From the NCBI GenBank assembly GCA_050273025.1, contig CP158635.1:16306001-16370000 (forward strand): 64,000 nt of DNA, given 5' to 3'. The stretch is from Cenococcum geophilum. Its lineage: Eukaryota. The position numbers and the translations under genes were made by a program. Shown here piece after piece: positions 51,423-64,000 of this stretch (position 1 is its first letter; the number at the start of each line of letters is the position of its first letter). The notes below the pieces were generated by a model, which had not been told where the DNA came from, made no database searches, and worked only from the letters and a program-made list of their open reading frames with translations.

Positions 51423-52380
51423 TATATATCTCTAAAATATTAAGGGGTCTTCTATTAAGTCTTCTATTAAAACCTTTATCTATAGCCCCTTAGGGGCTTA
51501 TTTTAGTGCGGTATAAGTTTAGTAGGGTACTTATATAATAGCGGTGCTTAACTTAAAATATAAATATTTTTATTAACCTATAGCTAATTCTTACCATTCT
51601 AGTGCAAGTAGAGAGCTCTTAGCTGGCTCTACGTATAGCGCTTAATAGGTGTTAAGGGCGCGGCGTTGCTAGTAATCGTAGATCAACTGTGGATATAGGG
51701 TAATATCTACATACCGCTAAGCGTATGGGCCTCTTCGCCTGCAAAATCTAACTTAGCGGCTGATTTAGCTATATAAATTAAACCGTGGACATACTATTGA
51801 TATCCCCTCCTTAGCGAGTTACAGATTCGCTACGCGTATCCAATTTCGCCTGGTTGCCACCAGCTGTATATAGTAATTATAGTGAACGGCTGTGGCTGCA
51901 CGTAAGGTCCTTTTTGGTTACCCTGGAGAATCGCCTTGGTTGGCCAGGAGAATTAAATTAAAGACGACGCTTCCTTTTCTCTCCTTTAACTATGCCTCCA
52001 TTATGCCCGCCAAAACGCGAATACAACGCTGTCTCTGCAGAGGGGTTGACAAAGTTTAGCAATATCGTACAGGTGGAAGCCTCACGATATTTGACAAAGA
52101 TCACAACACTGCGGAGGAAGGCCGCCAGAAGTAATGTTCTTGCAGCCAAGTACAGCCTGTACGACCTCCAGTGTCCCCCCCCCCTATATACGCGCAGCAC
52201 ACACACCTAATTTCGCTACGTCTGCAGCTAAATTAGTATGTAGAGCTAGCAGGAAGGGGTGTAGTACATGGCCAGGGCTTAAGCCACGGCCTATAGCTCG
52301 GATTTGAAGCTGTTCTCTCTTACCAAAAGTTATAATATTGCCTTTAGATCCTAATGTTTTACCCTATTCCCTTCTTTAAT

Positions 52381-55300
52381 ATGGCTCCGCATATAGGCGA
52401 CTAGCAGCACGCCTTTATTAAAATCTTTCTTACAGCCGGCGCCGGTAAGCGTATATACGCCCGTTAAGCCAATTGCTCTCCTAAGGCAATTTAACGTATT
52501 TGGAGGAAGATAAGGCTGTATAGAAAGATAAGGCTTAGTTGCAAATATAAGTTAAGATACATACTAAGCAATAAGATAATTATTATATTACTCTGCCAAC
52601 TAAATAAGGCTCTGAACTTATATCTTAACAAGATAACGTAGTTTATCTATAATTGGTTTTAGGTAGTTATAAGCAGGTAGATAATTAGTATAGAACTAAG
52701 AGCTACTAGCTAGAGTTAGAAGCTAGTAAGAAGGCTTTTATAGGCGCATATAAGGAAGTTGCTAATTATATATAAGGCTTATTAAGTCGCCTATAAGCGA
52801 AGCTAGGAGGATTATGCCTTATTCTAGGCCACAATCTTATAATTTACTATTAATTAGTTGGTATTTATAGACAAATCTAGAGCTAACTCTAAAACGGGTA
52901 TATAAAGGCCGTTTTGGTTACTAGTAGGAGTTATACCAGTTCTATATATACTATATAATTATAATAAGTAGCGAGTTAATATACTACTTGCCTATACTGT
53001 TAAGGGCGTGCTAGTATTATTAGTATATACTAGCTTAACAAATTTAGATAGCTATAACTACTAAATTAAGCATATTCTCCTACCTTATTATAATCCTTAT
53101 TTAGCACTAAGATTAGTAGTTATTATAGATAACGCGAGCTTTTATTACTTAGCCTATATTATAACGGAACCTTATAATAGGAACTACGGTGGGCTTGTTA
53201 TTGGGCTAGGTATATAGGTAATGTAAGTATAGAGGTCAATAAGTAATAACAACTAGTGGAGTGGTTGCCTAATAAATTAACTCTAATTATATTCTAAGAA
53301 TTACTATAAGGAAGGAACTATCTAGGTAGGGACTAAGGGTCCTTAAATACATAACTGTACTTCTATAAAATCTTTCTTATACGTAATATACGTCTTATAT
53401 ATAAGGTATATAAGTTTCTCTTATTCCTCTTATTTAATACGTAGCATGTTATATAACCTTAGTTACTATTCCTTATTATATAGTTCTACTGGCTCTATTC
53501 TAGACCGTGCCTAAATTAACTAACTAGCTTCTTCCAACTCCTCTCCTAGTAGTTATAACATTGTACTTAAAGCGTCCGTAATACTATTTCCCTCCTCTTT
53601 ATCTTCGTCCTTAAAGATTTAAAATATCTCTAAGTTATTTACTAAAGGTGTAATATCCGTTTAATTAATTTAGTTAATATTATTGCTTATTATACCTAAA
53701 GCAATTTCTTCTTTATACGCCTAACGTCGTGCTCGCACTATTACTACAGTATTATCTCTTAGTGAGATTATACCGTCTCTGTATTCTCGTTGTTTAAAAA
53801 AGGGGTTGGTTTATATTACGCTAGTAAACCTATCTTTATAATAACTGTTTTTTTACTTAAAGTATACTAAAACGAATATTTATTTGTTTTATAATATTCG
53901 CTTTACTTCTAATACTAAATATACGCGACCTATTACTCTTAATAGTTGTCTAGTTCCCTAATTAATTTATCTTAGGGTCTTATATTTAATCTACTGCTAC
54001 GCGGCTAGATAGTAAACTATCTTAAGCCCTTACTAAATTAGAATATTCTTAGGATGCGGAATAAAAGGCCCTAGATACTCGCATCGCGGCATCTACTTAT
54101 CTACTCCATCTTAAGAAGGTTTATAAGAAAGTTTATTTTAAGGAGTAGAAACTTATAGAATAAGGTTTATAGGAACTTAGTAATAAAAGAATAGATTCTC
54201 CTTTAATAGAGAAGGAAATAGATCTAAGTAGTTTAGTAACTACTCCTCCTAGGTCCCCCTTAGGTGACTTATTTTTTAGTAATTCTTCTTTTTTAATGCT
54301 ACCTAACCTAATCTTTTCTAATACTCCTATACCTTTCCTATAGCATTCTTTAAATTTTCTAGTAGCTTCTAGGTAGTCTTAATATAGCCTATCTACTTAA
54401 CCTTATACTATATTTTATTGTCAATGTCCTTATAACTAATAATCTTTAAAACTTACTATTTGTCTTCTTCCTATCCTCTATACATGTCTACTTTATAAAC
54501 TAGTAGCTTAATATTCCTATATACTAGCTCTAGCATCGCGATATACTATATAGGGTAGATTTTTATCTTAGCTAGTAGGTTTAACTTAAACGTAACCAGT
54601 AAAATCCTTTATATAATTTTAAAAGGTCCTAGTCTAACATAGTTTAACTTCTTACTTAGTTGTCAACTCTTAAAATTTTTGTGTGGTAGCTATACTTTAT
54701 CTCCCTCCTTAAGATCTAGTCCCTTAGATCTCTTAGTATTATAGTACTTTTTTATTCTCTCTTGTACTTTTTTTATTAATTCTATAAGGTCTATATAAAG
54801 ATTTATTAACGTCTTTATTCTTTCTTTAGCTATACTACTTATTTTCTTCGCTTATTATAGTAATAACGATATTCTTAGCTTATATTTATAATTTGCCTTA
54901 AATAGTAATATACCTATTCCTTTTTAAAGTGTTGCATTATATACAAACTATATAACTAGTAATAGCGATACCCAATTATTCTGTGCATAATTAATATAAT
55001 ATCTTAGATACTATTCTAGCGTCTAATTTAATCTCTCCGTTTAACTATCTGTCTGCGGATAATATACAGTAGAAGTTACTGCTTAAATTCCTTACTTTAC
55101 TAAGAATACTTCCTAGAATGCTGCTATAAATCTTAGATCTCTATCCGATATAATCTTACTTAGTGCTCTATATCTTATAAATACTTCTTTAATATAGATT
55201 CTAGTAATATCTTCCGCTAATATTTCTTCTATATATACTATAAAGTATCCCTACTTTATAAGCTTATCTACTATTACTAAGATTATATTATAATCTTATC

Positions 55301-58300
55301 TGGTAATAGGATCTCTTAACTTTAGTAACTTAATAATAAAGTCCTATAATATAACCTTCTATGGTCTTTCTGGTATTTTAATAGGTTATAGCCCTCCGTA
55401 TAGCTTATACCTTATTAGTTTATTTCTTTAGCAATTTAGATACTCTCTAGTAACCCTTCTAGCTATCCTCTAGATTTCGTTAATAATATACTCTTTCTAA
55501 AGTCTTAACACTAAGCCTATAGCTCTATTATATCCCTAAGTTAGTCCCTTATAGAAGTCCTCTATAAACTATTCTGCTATACTTCTTAGAATATACTTTA
55601 CTTCTCAATTTTCGTATATATCCGTCTATAAATCTTCTAGTTATACTTCTAAAATTCTTTATACCTAAAAGCTTTCCGGTGTCTCGTAAACCCTATCTAG
55701 TTTTTCTTAAGTTACTATAATTTTTAGATAATTATACCTAATTAATCCGTCTATGTCTTTTCGCAGTAAAGCCCCTAATAGCTTTTCATTGTTTTATAGT
55801 TCAGCCTTACAACTTAGAGCATCTACTCGCGTATTATCTGTACCCTTAGTATACTAAATTTTAAAATGGTATTCTATAAGTATATCTACCCATCTAACCT
55901 ATCTTTAGTTAAGTTCCTTCGTTATTAGGAATCCTGTTAAGTTCTTATAATCTATCTTAACTATAAATAGTTTCTCTATACCTTATAAAAATACTCTCTA
56001 TTCCTTTAATGCTATAACTATACCTAACAACTCCTTATTATAGATGTTATAGTTTAATTTTAGTAGTATTATCTTTCTGCTATAGTATGCCACTAGGTGC
56101 TATCTATTTTAATACCTTTATATAAAGTATGCCCCTAGTATATAGTCTAATATATCCGTTTCTACAACCGTTTCTAGTCCTAGTTAATAGATTTTAAGAA
56201 CTAGCTCCTAGGTAAACAACTCTTTAACTTTCTTAAAGAGTTCTCTTTATTTCTCTCCCTATACCTATAGTTCTTTTTTTTTATTAATTATATAAACGGC
56301 TTAATATCCTTTAACTATTGTGTTATAAACCTCCTATAGTAATTACAAAACCCTAGAAATAATCTTAATTACGTAACGTTTTCTGGTTCTTACTAATTCA
56401 CTATAGCCTTAATCTTTTTTAGATCTATACTAAGTTGGCCTAGTTTAATAATAAATCTAACAAAATCGGTCTTTCTTATAAAGAACTCGTATTTTTCGAT
56501 TACTACTAGCATCTGTTCCTCTTATAGTCTCTTTAAGACCTATTTAACGTATTCTCCGTGCTTTTTCTTAGTTATTAAGTATATAATAATAATATTAAGA
56601 TATGCTATAATAAATTAATTTAAGTATTCTCCTAATATATTATTAATACGCTTTTAAAACGTTGCTAGTGTGTTTATAAGTCCAAATTATATAACTAATA
56701 GTTTATATAGTCCTTCCTTTAACCTAAAGGCTGCCTTCTATTTATCGCCTTCCTTAATTCTAATCTAATAGTACGCCTATCTTAGATCTATCTTTATAAA
56801 GATTTGCGTATTACCTATCCTATTTTAGATTTCGCTAATTAAGGGTAAAGGATACCTATCCTTTCTAATAATGCTATTTAACTGTCTATAGTTAATACAC
56901 AGCCTTAGTTTACTATTCTTCTTTAGTATAAACAGTACTGGATAACCCGCTAATAACTATAATAGTCTAATATATCCCTTTCGTAGATTTTCCTAGACAA
57001 ACTCTTTTAATGCTCTACCTTTTTCTTCGGTAAGCTTATAGATTAAAAAGAACCTTAAACTTATTCCTAGTTCCAATTCTATCTTATAGTCCTATACTAT
57101 ATACTCTAATAGCTTTTTACTTTTTAGTAACTATAGTTTCTTGCCATACTTACGGTATCTTTTTGGTACATAACTTAAGCCTTACTTAGTCTCTTTATAT
57201 ATTACTCTAACTTAGTACTATACTATCTTAGCTTATTATTATATCTTGCGGCGTTAAGTATCTCTAATATTGACCTAACCTATAATCTAATTAATCTTTA
57301 GATTATATTCCTATAACTAAGGTATACCTAATACTACCTTATCCCGTCCTAATAGTAGGATATTAAAAGATATCTTAATTCGTCTTCCTTTAATAGTTAA
57401 CTAAATAGGTCCTGTTTTAAGGTTAATAATACCTCCTCTATAGGCTATCGGATCCCCTAAAATTATCACTAATAGGTAAGATTACTCCTTTTATCTATGC
57501 GGTAATCCTATTCTTTTAATTACTGCTAGTAAGATATAGTTCCTTATTGCTCCACTATCTATTAATGCCTTAAACTGCTAATCTTGCTATTTAACTTGTA
57601 AATTTAGGTATCGTCCTTAAATTCCTTTAAGGGTCTAAGGCTCTATTACTAGCTCCCTCTAGTCCTATAGGCCTCTACTTTTCCTAACTATTAGCTGCTT
57701 AATCCTATTATACTTAGCTTATTCTTTAGCTAATACCTAATTTACTTTTTATTTTTAATATACTATAGACACGTGTTCTCTAGGTATTTCTATTACTATT
57801 ATCCATCTAAGCATTCTTCCGTAAGGAATTTTCCTAGTTAAAGTATTAAACTTCCTTCCTTTTAAACCTCTACTAGATGCTATCTATGCATATATTTGGC
57901 ATTCCTATACTATTACTCGTCTATTATCTAGTATATCCTTATAAGGTATTTCTAATTTTTTTCCTTTAGATTTTTATATATCTCGTATATATCGTCTATA
58001 TACGCAATCCATAATAATATATAGTGTACTAGGTGCTTTAGGTTAACTCTTAACTTATCTTTATCTTTAAGTTTAAACCTCTATTATGCTAATCTAAACG
58101 TTATAACTTCGCTTACGGGTACCGAGACACGCCTCTTACTTCTCTAGTCCTCTAAACGTTCCTCTAGATCCTTTAACGTTATAATTAAGGCTCCTTTAAT
58201 ATGCGTTATGGCCTTTTCTGTAATTAGGTGGTCCTAGATAACTTTTTTTATCCAACTATATATAGAAGTCTTCCTACTTGTCGTTGTGTTGTTATCTATA

Positions 58301-61300
58301 CTACTTTTAGTATAGCTGCTAGAGTATATACGGCTTGTCCATAAGAAAGTATTTTTTTATTACTACATTATAACAGCCCTTTATATATTATTCTTCGAAC
58401 TTAGTAGAAATCCCTAGATCCTCTTTATTCTCCAGTTTGGTAAGCTACTTAGCTCTTAATATACCTACCCTAGGCCTATTAGTAATTCTTTATACTAGTG
58501 CCCTATCCTTTATACATCCCAATATACTAGATCTCTTATCTAGTTTCTATTCTTGCTATACAATAATTCTCTATCTAAATTCTTCTATGGTTTCTTTTAG
58601 TTTGCGTCTCGCGCTTAGATCCTTAAAGTCCTCTTACTTCTTAATCTTAGTATTAACTTTTTAATCTTTAGGCCGAATACTATATTCTCCTAGTAAGTCT
58701 TCTAGGTCTATATATCTGTCTCCTAGTCTAATAGCTGTTTATACTATAGATTCTCTAATTTATAAAGAAGCCTCTTGCCTCTTATTTATGGGTGTCCTTA
58801 TTCATACTCTAAATTCTTAACCCTTTTGGATTTTCGATCCTAAGCTTGCTTTTATCTTAAGCTTTACTCCAGCCTTAGTCCAACTAGGCTTGCTTAGTAT
58901 TCTCATCTTATCTTAAGAGTCTTAAATCTCACTTATCTTATCTTAAGAGTCTTATGCCTTTAGGAAACTTCGTCCTAAGCTCATTCATATATTACTAAAC
59001 TAAGCCGTTACTCTGCTCTATCGGTTATCGTCTATTATAGGTCCTTAAGCTTACCTCATCTTATCTTAAGAATCTTGGTCGTCTCTTATCTCGTCTTAAG
59101 AATCTTAAGTCTTTAACCTTTTGCCTTTATTAAGTGCCGAAGTGGTTCGCTATCCTACTTCTCTTACGTCTCACAAAGCGATAGATATTGTGTTTAGTAG
59201 GGTCTTAATCCCTATTAATATTCCTTGTTCTGTAGTAGAATTATCCTCTACCTCTAGTATAACATCTCCGAGGTCTATGTACTCCCAGTAAGTCGCCTTT
59301 ATTACCTTATTGTTATAAAATATTTCGCCTATATTAAAATTATCGTCCTTGATGTCCGATCTGCGAACTAGTTTATTAGTTCCTTTACATTCCGCTAAAT
59401 ATAGCTCTTATAGCCAATAGCTTGCGCTATACTTAGCGTCTTTATAAATTTAGTATGCGTTGTTATAACAGAACGTAAAACTTCTAATTAAACATTCCTT
59501 TGTTCCTCGTAGCATATTATCGTCCCTTTATACATATATATTGTCTACTAGCCTTATTCCTTTTACTATATAGTAACTCTAACTACTCCTATAGTCTCTA
59601 ATATAATAACCTTATTTTCCGTAATTTATGCAAGCTCCTTCTTTAAACCATTTTTCTTACTATAGAGTCCGCCTAAACGTCTTCTGCTATTAAGATCCCT
59701 GGTTTAGCCTCTGCTCCTTAGACCTTTAATTACTTAATCCTTATCCTTTAGATTTCCATAATTTCTTATTCCATTTCTTAAATTCTTTAGTACTACTTAG
59801 GTCTATTAGCTCTGCGCTATACCATAGTTTTTAACTTAGCTTTTATCATTGCGTATCCTACGCCTTATATAACTATAGAACTCTATCCTAGCCCTTCTTA
59901 GCCTATTCCCTTTAGTAGATCTAATTATTAATCTTAATTACCTAATCTATTAGTTCCTATAGGTTGTCCGTATTTTCTATTAGGATAATTACGTCCTAGA
60001 CTTTAGCCTTAAGTCCTTGTTTATACTATGCTATAAGCGCCCTATTATTCTACTCTACTTACGTTGCTAATGTCTGGAACTGCGTTATATACTTAATTGC
60101 TAAGGTTTGTTACGTAATATTTTGGAGTTTCCTTTTCGCTATAGTTATTACCTCTAGGTCTCTAAATATCTAGGTAAGTTGCTCTATAAATCTATTCTAG
60201 CTTAAGAATATAAACTGTACCTCTTAGTTAGTGGTTATTATACTATTCGCTTATATCTCTGTAAGGTAAGGCTTAAACCACTTAAGTGCCCTTTCTGTTA
60301 AGAACAGTCCTGTATATGCTATTTGATCCATAGGTGTTACTAGTTTTGCTCCCTCTTATATAACCTTAAAGTGCATCTATATAAGGAATCCTTTAAGCTT
60401 TAATCTCTCTCCTAAGTACCTTTTAATTAATAGTAACTTAACCTTTGCTGCGCTTATCCCATTAATCCTATTTTCCAACGTTATATTATTTTCTATCAAC
60501 CGGTTAACTATCTCTTATAGTTATCTAACTGTTATAGGTTGCTGTAAGTTAGTATCTGCTATACTAGTGTCGTTACCTAACCTTAAAGTAGTTGCTGCCG
60601 TTAATAGCGTTATAGTGGCTGCTTTTAGTAGTATGTTATTTAACTCTCTGTATTTAATACCGTAACTAGGTAGTAATTATATAACGGAACCTTATAGTAG
60701 AAACTACGGTGGGCTTGTTATTGGGCTAGGTATATAGGTTATGCAAGTATAGAGGTTAATAAGTAATAATAACTGGTAGAGTGGTTGCCTAATAGATTAA
60801 CTCCAATTATATTCTGAGAATTACTATAAGGAAGGAACTATCTAGGTAGGGATTAAGGGTCCTTAAATACACAACCGTACTTCTATAAAATCCTTCTTAT
60901 ATATAATATACGTCTTATATATAAGGTACGTAAGTTCCTCTTATTCCTCTTGTTTAATACGTAGCATATTATGCGACCTTAGTTACTATTTCTCGTTATA
61001 TAGTTCTACCGGCTCCATTCTGGACCATGCCTAAATTAACTAACTAGCTTCTTCTGACTCCTCTCCTAGTAGTCGTAATATTGTACTTAAAGTGTCCGTA
61101 ACATATATTAGCTCTCTCTTTAAGCGAGCTGGCGTAAGGCTTATATACTTACCTATATACTTACCCGATTTAAATTTAATTAAGAAGTTCTTTAGTAAGC
61201 TAAAGGAGTTTATTTAACGACACTTTGTTATATAGAAGGAGGCGCTAAAGTAATAGGGTAATAGCTTTAATAACTTTCTAAGTTAGTATGTAGAGATTAT

Positions 61301-61367
61301 AGGAAGTAAATCTAATAGCGCGAGAGCTTATTTCCGCTATAGTGGGTATATTAGTAGAGGGGAGTAA
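52381..61367 (+). pseudogene. DDE transposase (Tc1/IS630 type), split as 52381-53159 + 61109-61367
   Basis: ATG at 52381; relics IDKSR (VDESG) ~52867, IDNASFY (MDNASFH) ~53125, LPIYLPDLNLIKKFF (LPxYSPDLNPIE) ~61148-61195. Confidence 0.88.
53160..61103 (-). mobile_element. Full-length Ty3/Gypsy retrotransposon D (same family as A, diverged LTRs), RIP-inactivated
   Basis: 424 bp LTRs 53160-53583 and 60680-61103; TSD TATAT; reverse-complement PPT at 53584-53600; interior colinear with A without A's two inserts. Confidence 0.93.
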
Positions 61368-61501
61368 GATTCTTATTATATAAAGGAAGGTGTAGCTATA
61401 CCTTAAGCTTATAATATTTAATTTGTATAAGAATTACTGCTAAAGAGTATATTATAATAGGTGCCTATAAGTAGGCGTATACTTAAGTTAGAAATTCACT
61501 A

Positions 61502-63217
61502 CTAGCCAAGCCCTAAGCTCTCTAAATTACCACTAAGTACGCCTCTTAAGCTTCTCCACTCCTTAATATCTATTTATAATCTTTTAGCGATTACCTCTAG
61601 AACGCCTGCCTTAATTAGTATTTTTCTTTACTTATCTAGCTTTTGGTCTCTAATTATCTTTAAATCCTACCGCTTAGTAAAAGTAACTTAATAGGCGGCT
61701 TTAATATCTTCCTTCTAGGCCTCTAAATCTTCTACCGCCTTCTTATACTACTTAAAATACTCTTATAAATCTGCGAGCTGATTAATGCCTTAAGAACGCG
61801 GTAGAGGAGCAATTAGTAATAACTTTAAGCCTAAAAACGAGGCTACTAGAGGTATAGATAGGCGCCTATAGTAACTGCTAATTGGGTTAATATAGAACTA
61901 ATTTATAATACCTAGAGTACTTAATATAGAGGCCTTAGAGGTAAGCTATTCCTTTTTATTACCCGTCTTCCTCTCTAAAAGCTTCTATATTAAGCTAACT
62001 AGAGGAGTATATTTAGTAATAAGGCCTTAATTAATCGCCCAACCCTATTCTCTTACGTCCTCCTATATTAGCTTATAGTTAACTTACTAATATACCTAGC
62101 ACCAGTTACTTCCGCAGTTTTTGCAATATTATTACTATTAAGATACTTTTATAAAGCTTGTTTTAGGAATTATAGAGGGAGTAGTAATATTACTATTTAT
62201 AGGCTATGATATTATTAGCAGAGAGCTCTATAAGGGTTTTAGAGCTAATTATAGAGCTAATTATAATGCTATAAAAGAACGGGCAGGAGTATAAGCAGCT
62301 TATAGCTTAATTATCTTAATATATTCTAAAGTAAGTTTAACTTTAAGCCGCTTAACTAAGCCGTTATTGTAATTATAACACCCTTTTACTATCCTTAAGA
62401 GTTCTTCTCCTAGATTAATCTAATTAATTATATAGCTTAGGTTAAGTTAAAACGTAGATTTAATAGAGTTTAATCACCTGGTAAGCTTTATAGTAGTATT
62501 ATATAACTTCCTTTAGAAGGTATGGCTAGCGAACTTCTACTATAAAGCCTTATTAATTCTATAAAGAACTTTGCGATTATATATTACTAAAAGGCTAAGG
62601 TAAGCCTTAGGAAATGTGTAAGCTAATATAGGAGTTAAGCGACTTGGCTTCGCAACCTTTGCTAATATAAGTAGGCGATATTTAAAGAAGGAGCCTCTGC
62701 CTAAAGGCTTTACTATATTTTCCTTCTGCTCCGTTTAAAGCCTTAGAGCCTCCTTCTCTTCCTCCTCCTCCTCCTTTACCAAAACTTTAGATGTCGGAGT
62801 CTCTAGTAATTAACGCCTCTTAGCGTACCGTTGACCTCGTAATATAGGGGGAGCTACATTTATACGCTATAGAGCTCTTACTATATTCCGTTCCTACAGT
62901 AGATAAAAGTATTAAATTTCCTTATTAGTATGCTTTTTAGCAGCTACCGGGTTGCTTAGGATCTTATTAAGCTCGTTTGCGGTAAAATAGGCAGCCTATT
63001 ATAATGCATACTAGGTACTATAGTTAAGCTGCGTATTAAGTTAGCTACTATATATAGGTGGAAGATTTACAACCGTACTTATACTCGAGCTCTATATAAA
63101 AGGAGGTAGACAACTAATTATTAAGGGAGGCGGTACTGGTGACAATTAAAATTGCTAAGTAAGTGGGCGACTAGAGGGACTACCTGCAGAGGTAGGAGCA
63201 GGGCGTTTAGAGCTTAT
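61502..63217 (-). pseudogene. Second gene of the Tc1-like element, ~570 codons, uncharacterised; CKNCGSNWC motif and a helical C-terminal domain
   Basis: One continuous frame (MSSKRPAPTSAGSPSSRP...EEEEEEKE...YCKNCGSNWC...EAGVPEVIAKRLQTDIKEW, de-RIP reading), broken only by stops explainable by C>T/G>A; start and stop are approximate. Confidence 0.72.
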
Positions 63218-63588
63218 ATTAATGAGAGAAAGAAGCTTTATAATACTACGACCTGGAACAGATATCACGACTTTTGGCGAGGGAGAGGAGTTTAGAATAG
63301 CTTTAAAATCGAGCTTAGAGCTCCGAATTCGAGGTGGGCCTTAGCTTAAGCCCCGGCCATGTACTACACCCCTTCCTGCTAGCTCTACATACTAATTTAG
63401 CTGCAGACGTAGCGAAATTAGGTGTGTGTGCTGCGCGCACACAGGGGGGGGGAGGTCGTACAGGCTGTATACGGCTTCGCTACAATTACTATGTACAGCT
63501 GGTGGCAACCAGGCGAAATTGGATGCGCGTAGCGAATCTGCAACTCGCTAAGGAGGGGGGGGTGAAGCTGGTCGTGCACATCACTGTA

Positions 63589-64000
63589 CAGCCTGTTGCA
63601 CGACCAGCTTCACCCCCCCCTTTAACGAGTGCTCCAAAATTTCAAATTCGGTACGCGCATCCAATCTCGCGAGTAATTGTAGCGAACGGCTGTGGCTACA
63701 CGCAAAGACCTTTTTGGTTGCCATGGAGAATCGCATTGGTTGGCCAGGAGAATCAAATTGAAGATGTACGCTTCCTGTTCTCCCCCTACGCCTGCCGTTG
63801 TGGCCGCCAAAACGCGAATACAACACTGTCTCTGCAGAGAGGTCGATGAAATTTGGCAGTGTCGTACGGGTGGAAACCTTACGACATTTAACAAAGATCA
63901 CGGCACTGCGGAGGAAGGCCTCCAGAAACAAAGTTCTTGCAGCCAAGCATATGGCTTCGCTACAATTACTACGTACAGCTGGTGGCAACCAGGCGAAATT
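63589..64000. mobile_element. MITE copy 2 (same family as copy 1), runs off the right edge
   Basis: Starts TA|CAGCCTGTTGCACGACCAGCTTCACCCCCCCC; 63670-63950 aligns with 51870-52150; the right TIR starts at ~63955. Confidence 0.85.

Larger units (their letters stand above)
29790..51799 (+). mobile_element. Head-to-tail array of five Crypton C2 elements (unit 2,976 bp)
   Basis: Units start at 29790, 39912, 42888, 45864 and 48840; unit 1 minus its two 3,573 bp inserts is exactly 2,976 bp; unit 5 is 2,960 bp; differences are mostly C>T/G>A. Confidence 0.93.
52153..63467 (+). mobile_element. Tc1/IS630-like DNA transposon (~3.37 kb without the nested Gypsy), ~125-130 bp TIRs, two convergent genes
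   Basis: TA TSD (52151-52152 and 63468-63469); TIRs 52153-52284 and 63344-63467 starting CAGCCTGTACGACCTCC; removing it restores the MITE sequence seen intact at ~63940-63960. Confidence 0.92.
29785..63586. mobile_element. Tc1/mariner-type MITE copy 1 (~475 bp), in pieces 29785-29789, 51800-52152 and 63470-63586
   Basis: TA|CAGTG (29783-29789) joins ATAT...CCCCTCCTTAGCGAG at 51800; the right end ...CTCGCTAAGGAGGGG...CACATCACTG|TA is its reverse complement (~100 bp TIR, left copy has a short deletion); interior matches MITE copy 2. Confidence 0.82.

Noticed and set aside
29790..51799. Starship element or captain gene
   Set aside because: The recombinases have Crypton/Ndc10-like and GCR1_C motifs in 3-3.6 kb elements; no DUF3435-type captain or cargo block was recognised
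51958..52210. 82 aa and 72 aa ORFs, and the related ORFs at 63334-63988
   Set aside because: Lie in MITE/TIR sequence and cross insertion junctions; their similarity reflects MITE copies
14595..56733. 42 kb inversion by crossover between inverted Gypsy A and D
   Set aside because: The TSDs (ATATA/TATAT) are uninformative, but each element keeps a matched LTR pair and both host elements rejoin correctly
1..64000. Centromere assignment; tRNA/rRNA genes
   Set aside because: AT-rich RIP DNA is compatible with a centromere but not diagnostic; no tRNA or rRNA gene was recognised

Overview
Fungal (ascomycete-type) heterochromatin. About 95% of the window is nested transposons degraded by repeat-induced point mutation (RIP; copies differ almost only by C>T/G>A, with TpA excess and TAA/TAG stops). 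One intact gene lies in a ~2.1 kb unmutated island (28380-29258, minus strand; six WxWCxxC...C...H repeats). Left block (1-27.6 kb): a minus-strand Gypsy host carries a Copia element, a second Gypsy family and a full Gypsy. That full Gypsy contains a Tad1-like LINE and a SINE-like element with a similar 3' tail. Right block (29785-63586): a ~475 bp MITE expanded to 33.8 kb by two insertions. The first is a 22,010 bp head-to-tail pentamer of a 2,976 bp Crypton (tyrosine recombinase + GCR1_C; here C2). Its first unit carries two 3,573 bp copies of a second Crypton family (C1), inserted at the two symmetric GACAT-N6-ATGTC sites of a C2 hairpin, giving a 7.2 kb palindrome. The second is a two-gene Tc1/IS630-like transposon interrupted by another Gypsy. 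The Crypton-into-Crypton targeting, with att-like junctions readable base by base, is the most striking system. All alignments and de-RIP translations were done by eye; no database searches were run.
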